From Fidelibacterota bacterium (lineage in GTDB: Bacteria > Fidelibacterota > Marinisomatia > Marinisomatales > CAZVFT01): a stretch of DNA of 36,129 bases. The translations under genes and the position numbers were made by a program. The stretch is from assembly GCA_014381485.1 (NCBI GenBank), contig JACNLN010000099.1:1-36129 (forward strand), in the 5' to 3' direction. Positions within the stretch are counted from its first letter, which is position 1; every line of letters begins with the position of its first letter. Of the stretch, positions 1-7,978 are shown piece by piece. The notes below the pieces were generated by a model. It worked only from the letters and a program-made list of their open reading frames with translations. It ran no database searches and was not told the origin of the DNA.

Positions 1-1224
1 ATAAGAATATTCTCCAACGATTGGATCCGACGAAAGTACCCGATTGGCAACAGCCATTTTTTGAAGTGTCTCTTTGAAATCCGATCCGTGTTTGCTTAAG
101 ATTTCGTCAATGGTTGTAATTGTGTAATCTGCTTCATAACTGTTATACAAAATGCTATTTTCAAAGATGGTCCTAATAAGAGAGTAATCACCAATATGCT
201 CGGAGATATATCGAAAGAATATACAGCTCCCATACCAATGTCTACTATTCCCTCCTGTATCAAATTCCGGATTGTAGTTTGGATTGTAATTATGATAGGG
301 AGAATAATCCAGAGCAACATTGGGTTCGTTAAACCAAATTTGAAGATATTGGTAGTAATCGTTAACATCGTCGAAGACTTCATCCTCCATCCAGACGGCT
401 GTGGCTTCCAATAGCCAGGTTTTTTCCCATCCGTCGTAACCGAATTGAATTGCATGGAAAAATTCGTGTGCAGCAGTCACCTGAATATTCTCAATTTCGG
501 TATTTTGGAATCCGTTATAATTATTCCGAATTTCCATGTAGCTGGTTAAGGCGTTTTGTTCAGTGATATCAGGACTCTTTTCATTATCTCCTGAATTGTG
601 GAAGGCATAGGATTCAGGCATCACCCACCCGTAATACCCAGGGCTTAATTTGCTGATATATATATCATAAAGACCATTACCTCCATTGTCAACATAATAA
701 GGATACCAGCTATCACTGGGTGGTTCTACAAAACTGAAAGTATCAATTTCCATTTCGTACACCTCCGTAAATACGCTATCAACCGTATTGATATAATCTG
801 GTATTCCATCATTGTCATCATCAGTCAAATCAACCGCATCTTCTCCTGTTAATGTATAGTGAAAACGAAATATTCCTGAATCATAATGTAAATCAAGATC
901 AGATGGTCTGGGAAATGTAGGAGATAGACCGTTGAAGTTTACACCCATTTTAGAAAGAATTTCCTTTCCAGAAGGGGATAGCTTATGATAATTCTCCATA
1001 AGAGCTTTCAGCACCGGTGTGCCACATTTTATAGGTTCACTGTTTTTATATCTGTCTGGGAGGATTGGATCGGACTTGAGTCGTGCTACCTGGTAAATGA
1101 GTGATTCTTCCAATGTTAAATCACCTTTTTGATAATCTTCCAAAATCTGGTCAATACCATTCAAACCGAAAAGGGAAGAAAAAATAAAGGGAAATAATAG
1201 CAGATATTTAAATCTACAAATCAC
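1..1224 (-). CDS. Secreted HExxH zinc metalloprotease, C-terminally truncated by the window edge (first 408 codons present)
   Basis: Absent from the ORF track because it is edge-truncated. Manual minus-strand translation from GTG at 1224-1222 gives 408 sense codons with no stop down to position 1. An in-frame TAA four codons upstream fixes the start region. The N-terminus MICRFKYLLLFPFIFSSLFG looks like a signal peptide. HEFFH is encoded at 454-468 and is followed by LLEATAVWMEDE (candidate Glu ligand). The FRFHYTLTGEDAV and AHEFFHAIQFGYD patterns recall the MXAN_6640-type putative metalloprotease family (from memory, unsearched). Confidence 0.8.
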   Translation of the reverse strand, partial: MICRFKYLLLFPFIFSSLFGLNGIDQILEDYQKGDLTLEESLIYQVARLKSDPILPDRYKNSEPIKCGTPVLKALMENYHKLSPSGKEILSKMGVNFNGLSPTFPRPSDLDLHYDSGIFRFHYTLTGEDAVDLTDDDNDGIPDYINTVDSVFTEVYEMEIDTFSFVEPPSDSWYPYYVDNGGNGLYDIYISKLSPGYYGWVMPESYAFHNSGDNEKSPDITEQNALTSYMEIRNNYNGFQNTEIENIQVTAAHEFFHAIQFGYDGWEKTWLLEATAVWMEDEVFDDVNDYYQYLQIWFNEPNVALDYSPYHNYNPNYNPEFDTGGNSRHWYGSCIFFRYISEHIGDYSLIRTIFENSILYNSYEADYTITTIDEILSKHGSDFKETLQKMAVANRVLSSDPIVGEYSY

Positions 1225-1369
1225 CTTTTTTTTCCTTTAACCTCCCACGCTCACGTAGTTTTTGTTCCTCTTTCTTTATCCGTTTTTTCCAGAGAAATAA
1301 TCTGACAAATAGGGCTAATAAAAGAATTCCAACCACATAGAAGATGGCGAAATATGTTCCTGATGACAT
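1214..1369 (-). CDS. Small single-pass membrane protein (51 aa), hypothetical
   Basis: Below the ORF-track size cutoff. ATG at 1369-1367 shares one base with the TAA stop of the upstream gene (TAATG). Translation: MSSGTYFAIFYVVGILLLALFVRLFLWKKRIKKEEQKLRERGRLKEKKGDL, a hydrophobic helix followed by a very basic tail. Its TAG (1216-1214) overlaps the GTG start of the metalloprotease by 11 nt. Coding status is inferred from this coupling geometry only. Confidence 0.45.
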   Translation of the reverse strand: MSSGTYFAIFYVVGILLLALFVRLFLWKKRIKKEEQKLRERGRLKEKKGDL

Positions 1370-2043
1370 TAATTTTCTTCCTGTGAATTATTGATGTAGT
1401 TATTCAGGAAATAGCCACAACCCAGTAATAATAATCCCGAAATCATTTCGCTATTGTTGAATTCGATAACACCTGTAATAAATAATGCCGAGCCTGTAAA
1501 CATCATAGCAAATGGAATTTTGTTTGTTATGGTTTTAATTGTTGGAGATGTTTCTTCAGGTGGTACCGCCAGTTTTTCACCTTCTAAAGCCTTTATTTTT
1601 TCGATGGTGGCTAACGTCTCAGCTAATGGAAGTCTCAAGGTGGCGAGAATATCATCACTCAATTCAGTGTCTATTTCAAAGGTCTCAATTTCTCTTGTTA
1701 AACTGAAATTTATCTGAACAGATTCTGGAAGATTTTCATATTGAAGGTCCTGAATAATCCCGGTTGGAGTAAAGTGAAATTCAAGGGTTGTATCAATTAT
1801 TCCCCCCCATACAGTCATATAAAACCAGTTTGTTTCTGATATCCATGCAGTAACTTGTGATGGAGTAACATTTCCAAATTTATTGATACGAATAATTGTA
1901 CCGTTTGCTTTTTCTTCAACTGTTATTCCATGAATCGTTACTGGTGAAACCGTTTCTTGAGTCCATATCCTACCTGACCCAATGAGGAGGGGAATAAACA
2001 TTAGTGTTAAGCCAGTTCGACTATTTTTTGAGAGAAAGTTCAT
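1369..2043 (-). CDS. Hypothetical membrane protein with signal peptide, AMIN-like beta-rich N-domain and two C-terminal TM helices
   Basis: 224-aa ORF. It has an N-terminal hydrophobic signal (LTLMFIPLLIGSG). The alternating beta pattern ITVEEKANGTIIRINKFGNV...WFYMTVWGGIIDTT resembles AMIN domains (weak, by eye). The C-terminus carries IPFAMMFTGSALFITGVI and ISGLLLLGCGYFL helices. Confidence 0.65.
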   Translation of the reverse strand: MNFLSKNSRTGLTLMFIPLLIGSGRIWTQETVSPVTIHGITVEEKANGTIIRINKFGNVTPSQVTAWISETNWFYMTVWGGIIDTTLEFHFTPTGIIQDLQYENLPESVQINFSLTREIETFEIDTELSDDILATLRLPLAETLATIEKIKALEGEKLAVPPEETSPTIKTITNKIPFAMMFTGSALFITGVIEFNNSEMISGLLLLGCGYFLNNYINNSQEEN

Positions 2044-2149
2044 TTACAAAATCAATGTTGCAAGTTAATTTAAAAAGTAGCACAATTCTAAACGAAAAAA
2101 TTATGCAAAAAATGAGTGTTCATTGTATATTATGAACAGAGGTAACTAT

Positions 2150-3928
2150 ATGAAACGCACATTTTGTTATATTGTTCTGACTTCATTTTTGTTTATCACT
2201 TTCCCAGAGATCGTATTTCCCAATTCTGTAGAGAATTTACAAGCTCAAACGGATACAAAAAAGGCAAAGGAGAAAAGGAAATCCGAATCTGATGCAGCTT
2301 ATAAAAAGGGACTTGAAAAAGTAAAGGCTAAGGATTATGAAGGAGCATTAGAGGAATTTCAAAAGGCGTATAAATTGTATCCTACTAAAAAGCTGAAGGG
2401 AATTATTAGTAAGGTTCAAACTATTGTAGACAAAAAATTAAAACAAAAGAAACCTGCATCGTCGAAGGAAAGGAAATCCGAATCTGATGCAGCTTATAAA
2501 AAGGGACTTGAAAAAGTAAAGGCTAAGGATTATGAAGGAGCATTAGAGGAATTTCAAAAGGCGTATAAATTGTATCCTACTAAAAAGCTGAAGGGAATTA
2601 TTAGTAAGGTTCAAACTATTGTAGACAAAACACCGAAACAAAAACCTCAAGAGAAAAAAATCATATCAAAGCCACAAATTCCCGAACAACTTTCAGTACC
2701 TATGAGAAGTGTTTCTGAACTGTCCGATGAGATATCTCTTGTGCAGAAGGATTTGGATGTAGTAATGGATCGGTTGGGAGAAGTAATCTCGAGGTTAGAG
2801 CCCTTAAAAAAAGATAAGTCAAAAAAATATAAACCATATAGAATTAAGGTGACTGAAGAAAGGATTCAGAAGCAGCCGGAAGATTTTGCTTCCCTGCGAG
2901 AACTTGCCCTTGAATATGAGCGAAAGGGGGCTATTTCCCGGGCAAGAGATATATATCTAAGAATGATCTCAGAAGATCCCTCAAAAGCTGATTATCACTA
3001 TTATTTGGGATCACTTTATTCAAGAAGTGGGCAGCGTAATAAAGCTAACTTGTATTATAATGAAGCATTAGAGTTTGATCCAAATCACCCAGCTACCATC
3101 TCTGATTTATCGATGTTTACCCATATAGATTCAATGAAAGTTGCGATTAACAGAATTCGTAGGAATTTGGATGCTGGTACTTATGAAGAAGTTCTAACTC
3201 TGTGTGATGAAGGTAAACAAAGATACCCTAACAATTATATTTTTTCATACCTTGAGGGCAAAGCCTACGAAATAATGGGTAACATTAAAAAAGCAAAAAA
3301 ATTGTACATAGAGAGTATAAATCTTACCAGGAGAGAGGTTGATCCTTTAGTTGCTCTGGGGGATTTATACTTTGATCAAGGAAATTATCTCTATGCTTCT
3401 GTTACTTATGCAAAGGTATTATCATTGAAACCTTATGACATAGATATCGGTTATAAACATGGTCTGAGTTATTTCTATGCCTTTGAATGGTCTAAAGCAA
3501 CCTCTGCCTGGGAAGATCTACTCCATTATGCACCCAATCATCTTCAGGTTAAACATTTACTCCCTCAAGCATATTATATTATGAGTATCGATTACAATAG
3601 GATCGGTTATGCTGATCTAAGTCGTAAATATCTTACCTCCGCACTCTCTGTGAACCCGCGTTCTTGGGAGTGGTTGGCAGAGGCTCTTAAAAATGCGGGT
3701 AAATTCTATAGAACGCAAGGTCTCTACTTTGAAGCATTGGATGCCTATCAGGAAGCTGTTGAGATTGTCCCTGAGAATTCTGAAAATTATAATGGTCTTG
3801 GGATTACCTATTGGGAAATGGGGGAGAAAGATATGGCTATAACCGCATGGGAAAGAAGTCTTGCGCTTCAACCTGATAATAATAGCGCCAAGGGATGGCT
3901 AATTATTGCCAGGAGACAATCGGAGTAA
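2150..3928 (+). CDS. Secreted TPR-repeat protein with an internal perfect tandem duplication
   Basis: The ORF track gives 2123..3928. I prefer ATG at 2150 (MKRTFCYIVLTSFLFITF signal peptide) because AGAGGT lies 6 nt upstream. Multiple TPR-like units are present (ALEYERKGAISRARDIYLRMISEDP, YYLGSLYSRSGQRNKANLYYNEALEFDPNHP, GITYWEMGEKDMAITAWERSLALQPDN). Confidence 0.85.
   Translation: MKRTFCYIVLTSFLFITFPEIVFPNSVENLQAQTDTKKAKEKRKSESDAAYKKGLEKVKAKDYEGALEEFQKAYKLYPTKKLKGIISKVQTIVDKKLKQKKPASSKERKSESDAAYKKGLEKVKAKDYEGALEEFQKAYKLYPTKKLKGIISKVQTIVDKTPKQKPQEKKIISKPQIPEQLSVPMRSVSELSDEISLVQKDLDVVMDRLGEVISRLEPLKKDKSKKYKPYRIKVTEERIQKQPEDFASLRELALEYERKGAISRARDIYLRMISEDPSKADYHYYLGSLYSRSGQRNKANLYYNEALEFDPNHPATISDLSMFTHIDSMKVAINRIRRNLDAGTYEEVLTLCDEGKQRYPNNYIFSYLEGKAYEIMGNIKKAKKLYIESINLTRREVDPLVALGDLYFDQGNYLYASVTYAKVLSLKPYDIDIGYKHGLSYFYAFEWSKATSAWEDLLHYAPNHLQVKHLLPQAYYIMSIDYNRIGYADLSRKYLTSALSVNPRSWEWLAEALKNAGKFYRTQGLYFEALDAYQEAVEIVPENSENYNGLGITYWEMGEKDMAITAWERSLALQPDNNSAKGWLIIARRQSE
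2274..2630 (+). repeat. In-frame tandem duplication: two 100% identical 162-bp copies (2274-2435 and 2469-2630), period 195 bp (65 aa)
   Basis: Base-by-base comparison of the two copies found no mismatch over 162 bp. The copies are separated by a 33-bp diverged linker. Each copy encodes KSESDAAYKKGLEKVKAKDYEGALEEFQKAYKLYPTKKLKGIISKVQTIVDK (one TPR-like unit). Confidence 0.95.
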
Positions 3929-4001
3929 TCTATACCTTTCAAGCTTAGATATTAATGGCTATGTTCTATGAAACAACTGAATAAACACATAAATCAATTT
4001 G

Positions 4002-4157
4002 TAGCCCCGTCCTTCAGGGCGGGGTCAAGAATATGAACAAACGTTGTTACCCCGATTTTTTCGGGGTTATTTCCAAAGGAAGCGCTTATACAATAAAGGG
4101 CGTAAACGCCCTTACTTGTTTTAGCGATTTTATTCCCCGCCCTGAAGGACGGGGCTA
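4002..4157. repeat. GC-rich nested palindromic element (REPIN/BIME- or MITE-like, or a structured small RNA)
   Basis: Perfect 23-bp terminal inverted repeats: TAGCCCCGTCCTTCAGGGCGGGG (4002-4024) and CCCCGCCCTGAAGGACGGGGCTA (4135-4157). Each arm is itself an 8-bp hairpin. Internal hairpins are AACAA-ACG-TTGTT (4036-4048), ACCCCG-ATTTTTT-CGGGGT (4049-4067), TTCC-AAA-GGAA (4071-4081) and AAGGGCG-TAAA-CGCCCTT (4096-4113). It sits in a 323-bp gap between two same-strand TPR genes. Confidence 0.6.
4096..4121 (+). terminator. Candidate intrinsic terminator for the upstream TPR gene (inside the palindromic element)
   Basis: 7-bp GC-rich stem AAGGGCG/CGCCCTT with a TAAA loop, followed by ACTTGTTTT. 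It is the only hairpin of the element with a partly T-rich tail on the + strand. Confidence 0.35.
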
Positions 4158-4251
4158 TGGATATCATCAATTCCGTTACCCCAGAATGTAGCATTAAAAC
4201 AGTTGATAATTAGAACACAGCCATATTAATCTGAAAATAATATTCCCATCT

Positions 4252-5415
4252 GTGATAATAAAGTTGATTAATATATTTATCTTAAGTATAACTTTAAGTA
4301 CATTTAATCTTTACGGAGCAGTTAATCAAATCAGCCAAGATTCCAAGGATTCAATACCGGGAAGCAATTTTATATGGGATGGAATAAACGCATTTTATAA
4401 CTATGAATTTGTTAAATCTGTAGAGATTCTTTCAAAAGCAAAAGAAGCATACCCAAATCATCCCGCGGTCCATTTTGTATGGGGTACATCTGAATGGTTG
4501 AGAACAATCGCTTATGTGGGACATGAAAAAAGTTATTCAATTTTGAAGAATCATTTGATGGAAATTATTCCCATCTATGAGGAGTTAACCAAACAGTTTC
4601 CTGACAATCCACAATACGGACTTTTTCTGGGTTCAGCTCACGGATTAAAGGCTCGAATTCATCTCGGGAAAAAGGAGTGGTTTGGCGTTTTGTATGAGGG
4701 ATATACAGGATACAGAATCGTAAAAGAGATTCACAAAACATATCCTGATCTTGGAGATGCATACCTTCCTTTAGGAATTCTTAATTTTTATGTGGGATCC
4801 AGCTCTAAAATAATTCAATTTGTTGCAGGATTATTAGGAGTTGAAGGCGATCGGGAATTGGGGATTAATCAGATCAAGACAGCTGCCAGAACCGGGGAGT
4901 ATTCTTGGATTGAAGCTGAAACTATTCTGGCGTTTATTTATTTATGGATTGATGAGGATTATAATTCATCATTACAGGTTGTAGCGAAATTGCGAGACCA
5001 CTTTCCAGGAAGTTTTTATTATCAACATTTATATACCGAGAGTTTAATACGATTAAATAAATTAGATAGGGCAGAACAGAATCTGTCAGTTATGGATGAA
5101 ATGTTAGAACGTCTCCCCCCAAATTCAAAGAGGGGCTGGAAACCTTCTCATATCTATCAGAAAGCATTGTTACAATTTTATAAGGATAATTACAACAAGG
5201 CGATGAAATTGGTAGATGTATCCATCAAAGAACAAGATACTGAGTTTGATACCAATCTTGCCTTTGCCTATCTACTCAGGGGTAAATTATATGACTTAAA
5301 GGGGGAGAGAAGGTTAGCTATGACGGATTATCATGAAGCGATAAAGTTAGATAATTATACATCTGCTGTCCGGGAAGCAGAGATTTATCTAAAATCACCA
5401 TTTAAAAAAGATTAA
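4252..5415 (+). CDS. Secreted TPR-like helical-repeat protein (possibly Iml2/TTC39-like DUF3808 type)
   Basis: 387-aa ORF with a GTG start and the signal-like N-terminus MIIKLINIFILSITLSTFNLYGA. The C-terminal TPR unit is AFAYLLRGKLYDLKGERRLAMTDYHEAIKLDN. The segment LPLGILNFYVGSSSKIIQFVAGLLGVEGDRELGINQI resembles the DUF3808 signature as I remember it (unverified). Confidence 0.75.
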   Translation: MIIKLINIFILSITLSTFNLYGAVNQISQDSKDSIPGSNFIWDGINAFYNYEFVKSVEILSKAKEAYPNHPAVHFVWGTSEWLRTIAYVGHEKSYSILKNHLMEIIPIYEELTKQFPDNPQYGLFLGSAHGLKARIHLGKKEWFGVLYEGYTGYRIVKEIHKTYPDLGDAYLPLGILNFYVGSSSKIIQFVAGLLGVEGDRELGINQIKTAARTGEYSWIEAETILAFIYLWIDEDYNSSLQVVAKLRDHFPGSFYYQHLYTESLIRLNKLDRAEQNLSVMDEMLERLPPNSKRGWKPSHIYQKALLQFYKDNYNKAMKLVDVSIKEQDTEFDTNLAFAYLLRGKLYDLKGERRLAMTDYHEAIKLDNYTSAVREAEIYLKSPFKKD

Positions 5416-5426
5416 GGGAGGAATAA

Positions 5427-6122
5427 GTGAAAACCAGGTTGATTATTATTGCTGTTGTGGTCCTTTTTGGGGGCTGTAAGCAGCAATCTAATTTCTCACA
5501 ACTTGAGTTGGGGAAAATGAGAGTAGGATTTGATGTTGATGATACTATTGTGTTTTCCAAGTTTACTTTTGAACATGAAAAAGCCATAGATAATGAAGGA
5601 CGAACAGATTATGGATGGGTAAATCAACATGACGGGGAATATTCCACAATTATTAAACCCATAAAACAACTCATATACTTTTTACGGGATCAAGGGCATG
5701 AGATTTATTTCGTTACATCACGTCCCGGGGAAAATGGTAAATTTCTTGCTGATTTTTTAAGCGATTCATTGGGGTTTTTAATACGAAAAGATATTGAACT
5801 TTTTTTCTCTCCAAAAATAAAGGATCCCATAACAGGTAAGCGATTTACAACAAAACATGGAATAATGAAAAAATTAAAACTTAATCTCTATTATGGAGAT
5901 TCTGATACCGATATGATTGCTGCCACTATTGCGGGAATTCGAGGTGTAAGAGTGGTAAGAGATCCGCAATCCATTGAATCTTACAGCTCCAATTATTTCG
6001 GGGATATACAAATGGCTCAACAGAAGGGTGGAATGATCACACCTGAAATCTATAAAGATTTCCTGCGTGCTGGAGTAGGACCGTATGGTGAAACAATTTA
6101 TCCGATATTTCAACCTGAATAA
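5427..6122 (+). CDS. Class B acid phosphatase (AphA-like, HAD/DDDD superfamily), possible lipoprotein
   Basis: GTG start with GGGAGG 6 nt upstream. Motif I is VGFDVDDTIVFS (DxDxT), followed by FVTSRPG and YGDSDTDM. The protein is collinear with E. coli AphA (VGFDIDDTVLFS...FVTGR...YGDSDNDI). The N-terminal IIIAVVVLFGGC is lipobox-like. Confidence 0.85.
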   Translation: MKTRLIIIAVVVLFGGCKQQSNFSQLELGKMRVGFDVDDTIVFSKFTFEHEKAIDNEGRTDYGWVNQHDGEYSTIIKPIKQLIYFLRDQGHEIYFVTSRPGENGKFLADFLSDSLGFLIRKDIELFFSPKIKDPITGKRFTTKHGIMKKLKLNLYYGDSDTDMIAATIAGIRGVRVVRDPQSIESYSSNYFGDIQMAQQKGGMITPEIYKDFLRAGVGPYGETIYPIFQPE

Positions 6123-6459
6123 TTTACCCTGTGGAATAAATAGTAAAAAACAAACCTGCATTGAAAAAGCGTTAGTATTCCGCTGGGTGAAAGAACGTTT
6201 TAATGATTAGTTAATCGGTCAGACCCATCAGGCGCTGTACTGATGCCCGACTGATAAGTGCTTGAAAATTGATAAAGTTATTAACAACCTGATTTAACTG
6301 CCTTTCAATTGACTGAGTATTCGATGAACTAATTGTCTCTAATAGGTCAGAAAGGTATTTAAAAGGGGGTTGGTAGAATTGAGATACCTCCAAATTCTAA
6401 AAATAGCCAGAGAAATATTCAAAGAATCATAGTAATCAACCACACCAAATACCATAGTT

Positions 6460-7971
6460 TTGTCTAACAAATCTCCAGCCCGAAAAATCGCAAAAGAAGC
6501 CACCATTTCGATTGTGGGAATGGGGTTTGGCAATGCTGTCCGTTACATATTTACTGCCCTATTAGCTCGCTGGGTGGGATTAGAATATCTTGGTATTTAT
6601 TCGCTAGCTAATGCAGTAACACGGTTTGCGGAAGTTTTTGGTAAAGCTGGGATGGAAAGAGGTATTCTTCGCTTTGTGAGTATGAAGAAAGAACCTGGGA
6701 AAGAAGATTCTATCAAAAAGAACATCCAATCAACTTTAAAGATGGGATCGATTTTTGCATTTATTGTTATGGCTGTACAGATGTTATTATCAGGATGGCT
6801 GGTATCAACTATTTTTCACGGTTCCTCACTTTTAAAAACTGTCATTATTGTGAATGCTATTTCTTTACCCTTCACTGTAGTTACAATGATAGCTGCTTTT
6901 GCTACGCAGGGATTTAAGCTACTAAAGTACAAGGTTTTTGTTACTAATATGTTAGCACCTACTGTTCTATTGCTCACTATGATTACAGCTTATTTTTTAA
7001 TCTCATCGGAAATGGCGATTATTTTACCTTTACTGATCTCAGCGATAGTGAGTTTTATCGTCATGTTATTCTTTTTGAAGAAACTTACTGGCATAAGTTT
7101 ATCACAGGTTTTTCCAGCAGACTTCAATTCAGAAATAATCCGGTTTTCGTACCCGCTGATGTTTGTGACGATTATTGGTACATTTATGCACTGGATGGAT
7201 GTCACAATGCTTGGCTATTTCACCAATACGGAGACAGTGGGGTTATATTATCCAGCAGCCCGTACAGCTGGCTTACTACGAGCAATTCTTCTGGCGTTTA
7301 TGAGTATTTTCTCGCCTATGTTGTCTGAACTTTTTGCTCAAGAGAAACGAGACGAGATGAGTCATTTATTCAAATTAGTTGTCAGATGGATCCTGACCTT
7401 AGCTGTGCCATTTACTATTATATTTATTTTATTCTCAAAAAAAGTGATGTTGTTATTTGGTGGGGAGTATGTTCAGGCAGCAAATGTTCTGATTGTATTA
7501 ACTCTTGCGACTTTTATACAGTCGTTTATTGGTGCAGGTGGACCAGCTTTAACAATGATGGGTCATCCTAAAGTCAATTTGATAAATTCTTCGATTGTAG
7601 TAGTAATCAATGTTATTTTAAATATATTGTGGATTCCAAAGTACGGGATTATAGGAGCTGCCTGGGCAACGTTAGTTTCATTATCCACTCTTGGAATTAT
7701 ACGATCTATTGAAGTGTGGTATCTACTTAAGTTACATCCAATTACCTGGAAATTAATGAAACCAGTCACTTCTGGTTGTATTACGTATGGTCTACTGTTT
7801 GTAATTAAACCGTATCTGATGCCTTATCATACATTAATAACGTTGTTGATCTCAACTGTAGTTACCTTATTGATTTATTTTGGGATACTATGGCTGTTAA
7901 AATTAGATTCTGATGACAGAGAGGTCTGGTCTGCTTTATTAATGATTACTAATTTTTCAAAAAAGAAATAA
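6460..7971 (+). CDS. Polysaccharide/oligosaccharide flippase (MOP superfamily, Wzx-like)
   Basis: 503 aa with about 12-14 predicted hydrophobic helices. The N-terminus ARKIAKEATISIVGMGFGNAVRYIFTALLARWVGLEYLGIY is typical of the Polysacc_synt family. The only available start is TTG at 6460, because a TAA lies in frame at 6433-6435. Confidence 0.8.
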   Translation: MSNKSPARKIAKEATISIVGMGFGNAVRYIFTALLARWVGLEYLGIYSLANAVTRFAEVFGKAGMERGILRFVSMKKEPGKEDSIKKNIQSTLKMGSIFAFIVMAVQMLLSGWLVSTIFHGSSLLKTVIIVNAISLPFTVVTMIAAFATQGFKLLKYKVFVTNMLAPTVLLLTMITAYFLISSEMAIILPLLISAIVSFIVMLFFLKKLTGISLSQVFPADFNSEIIRFSYPLMFVTIIGTFMHWMDVTMLGYFTNTETVGLYYPAARTAGLLRAILLAFMSIFSPMLSELFAQEKRDEMSHLFKLVVRWILTLAVPFTIIFILFSKKVMLLFGGEYVQAANVLIVLTLATFIQSFIGAGGPALTMMGHPKVNLINSSIVVVINVILNILWIPKYGIIGAAWATLVSLSTLGIIRSIEVWYLLKLHPITWKLMKPVTSGCITYGLLFVIKPYLMPYHTLITLLISTVVTLLIYFGILWLLKLDSDDREVWSALLMITNFSKKK

Positions 7972-7978
7972 TCGTTAT

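Noticed and set aside
96-455. 119-aa minus-strand ORF and the 72-aa plus-strand ORF at 196..414
   Set aside because: Both lie inside, and out of frame with or antisense to, the 408-codon HExxH metalloprotease CDS, which has a signal peptide and a catalytic motif. Their sequences are low-complexity hydrophobic strings typical of alternate-frame artefacts.
3994-4194. 66-aa minus-strand ORF spanning the intergenic region between the two TPR genes
   Set aside because: It coincides exactly with the GC-rich palindromic element. Its peptide segments APSFRAGNK and DPALKDGATN are simply translations of the two inverted-repeat arms. It has no RBS and no recognisable motif. The open frame is best explained by the locally high GC content of a structured DNA/RNA element.
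6211-6393. 60-aa minus-strand ORF in the aphA-flippase spacer
   Set aside because: It has a TTG start and no SD at a suitable distance; the GGAGG lies inside the first codons. There is no internal ATG, no recognisable motif, and it runs opposite to both neighbours. I kept it only as a low-priority note in the findings on this spacer.
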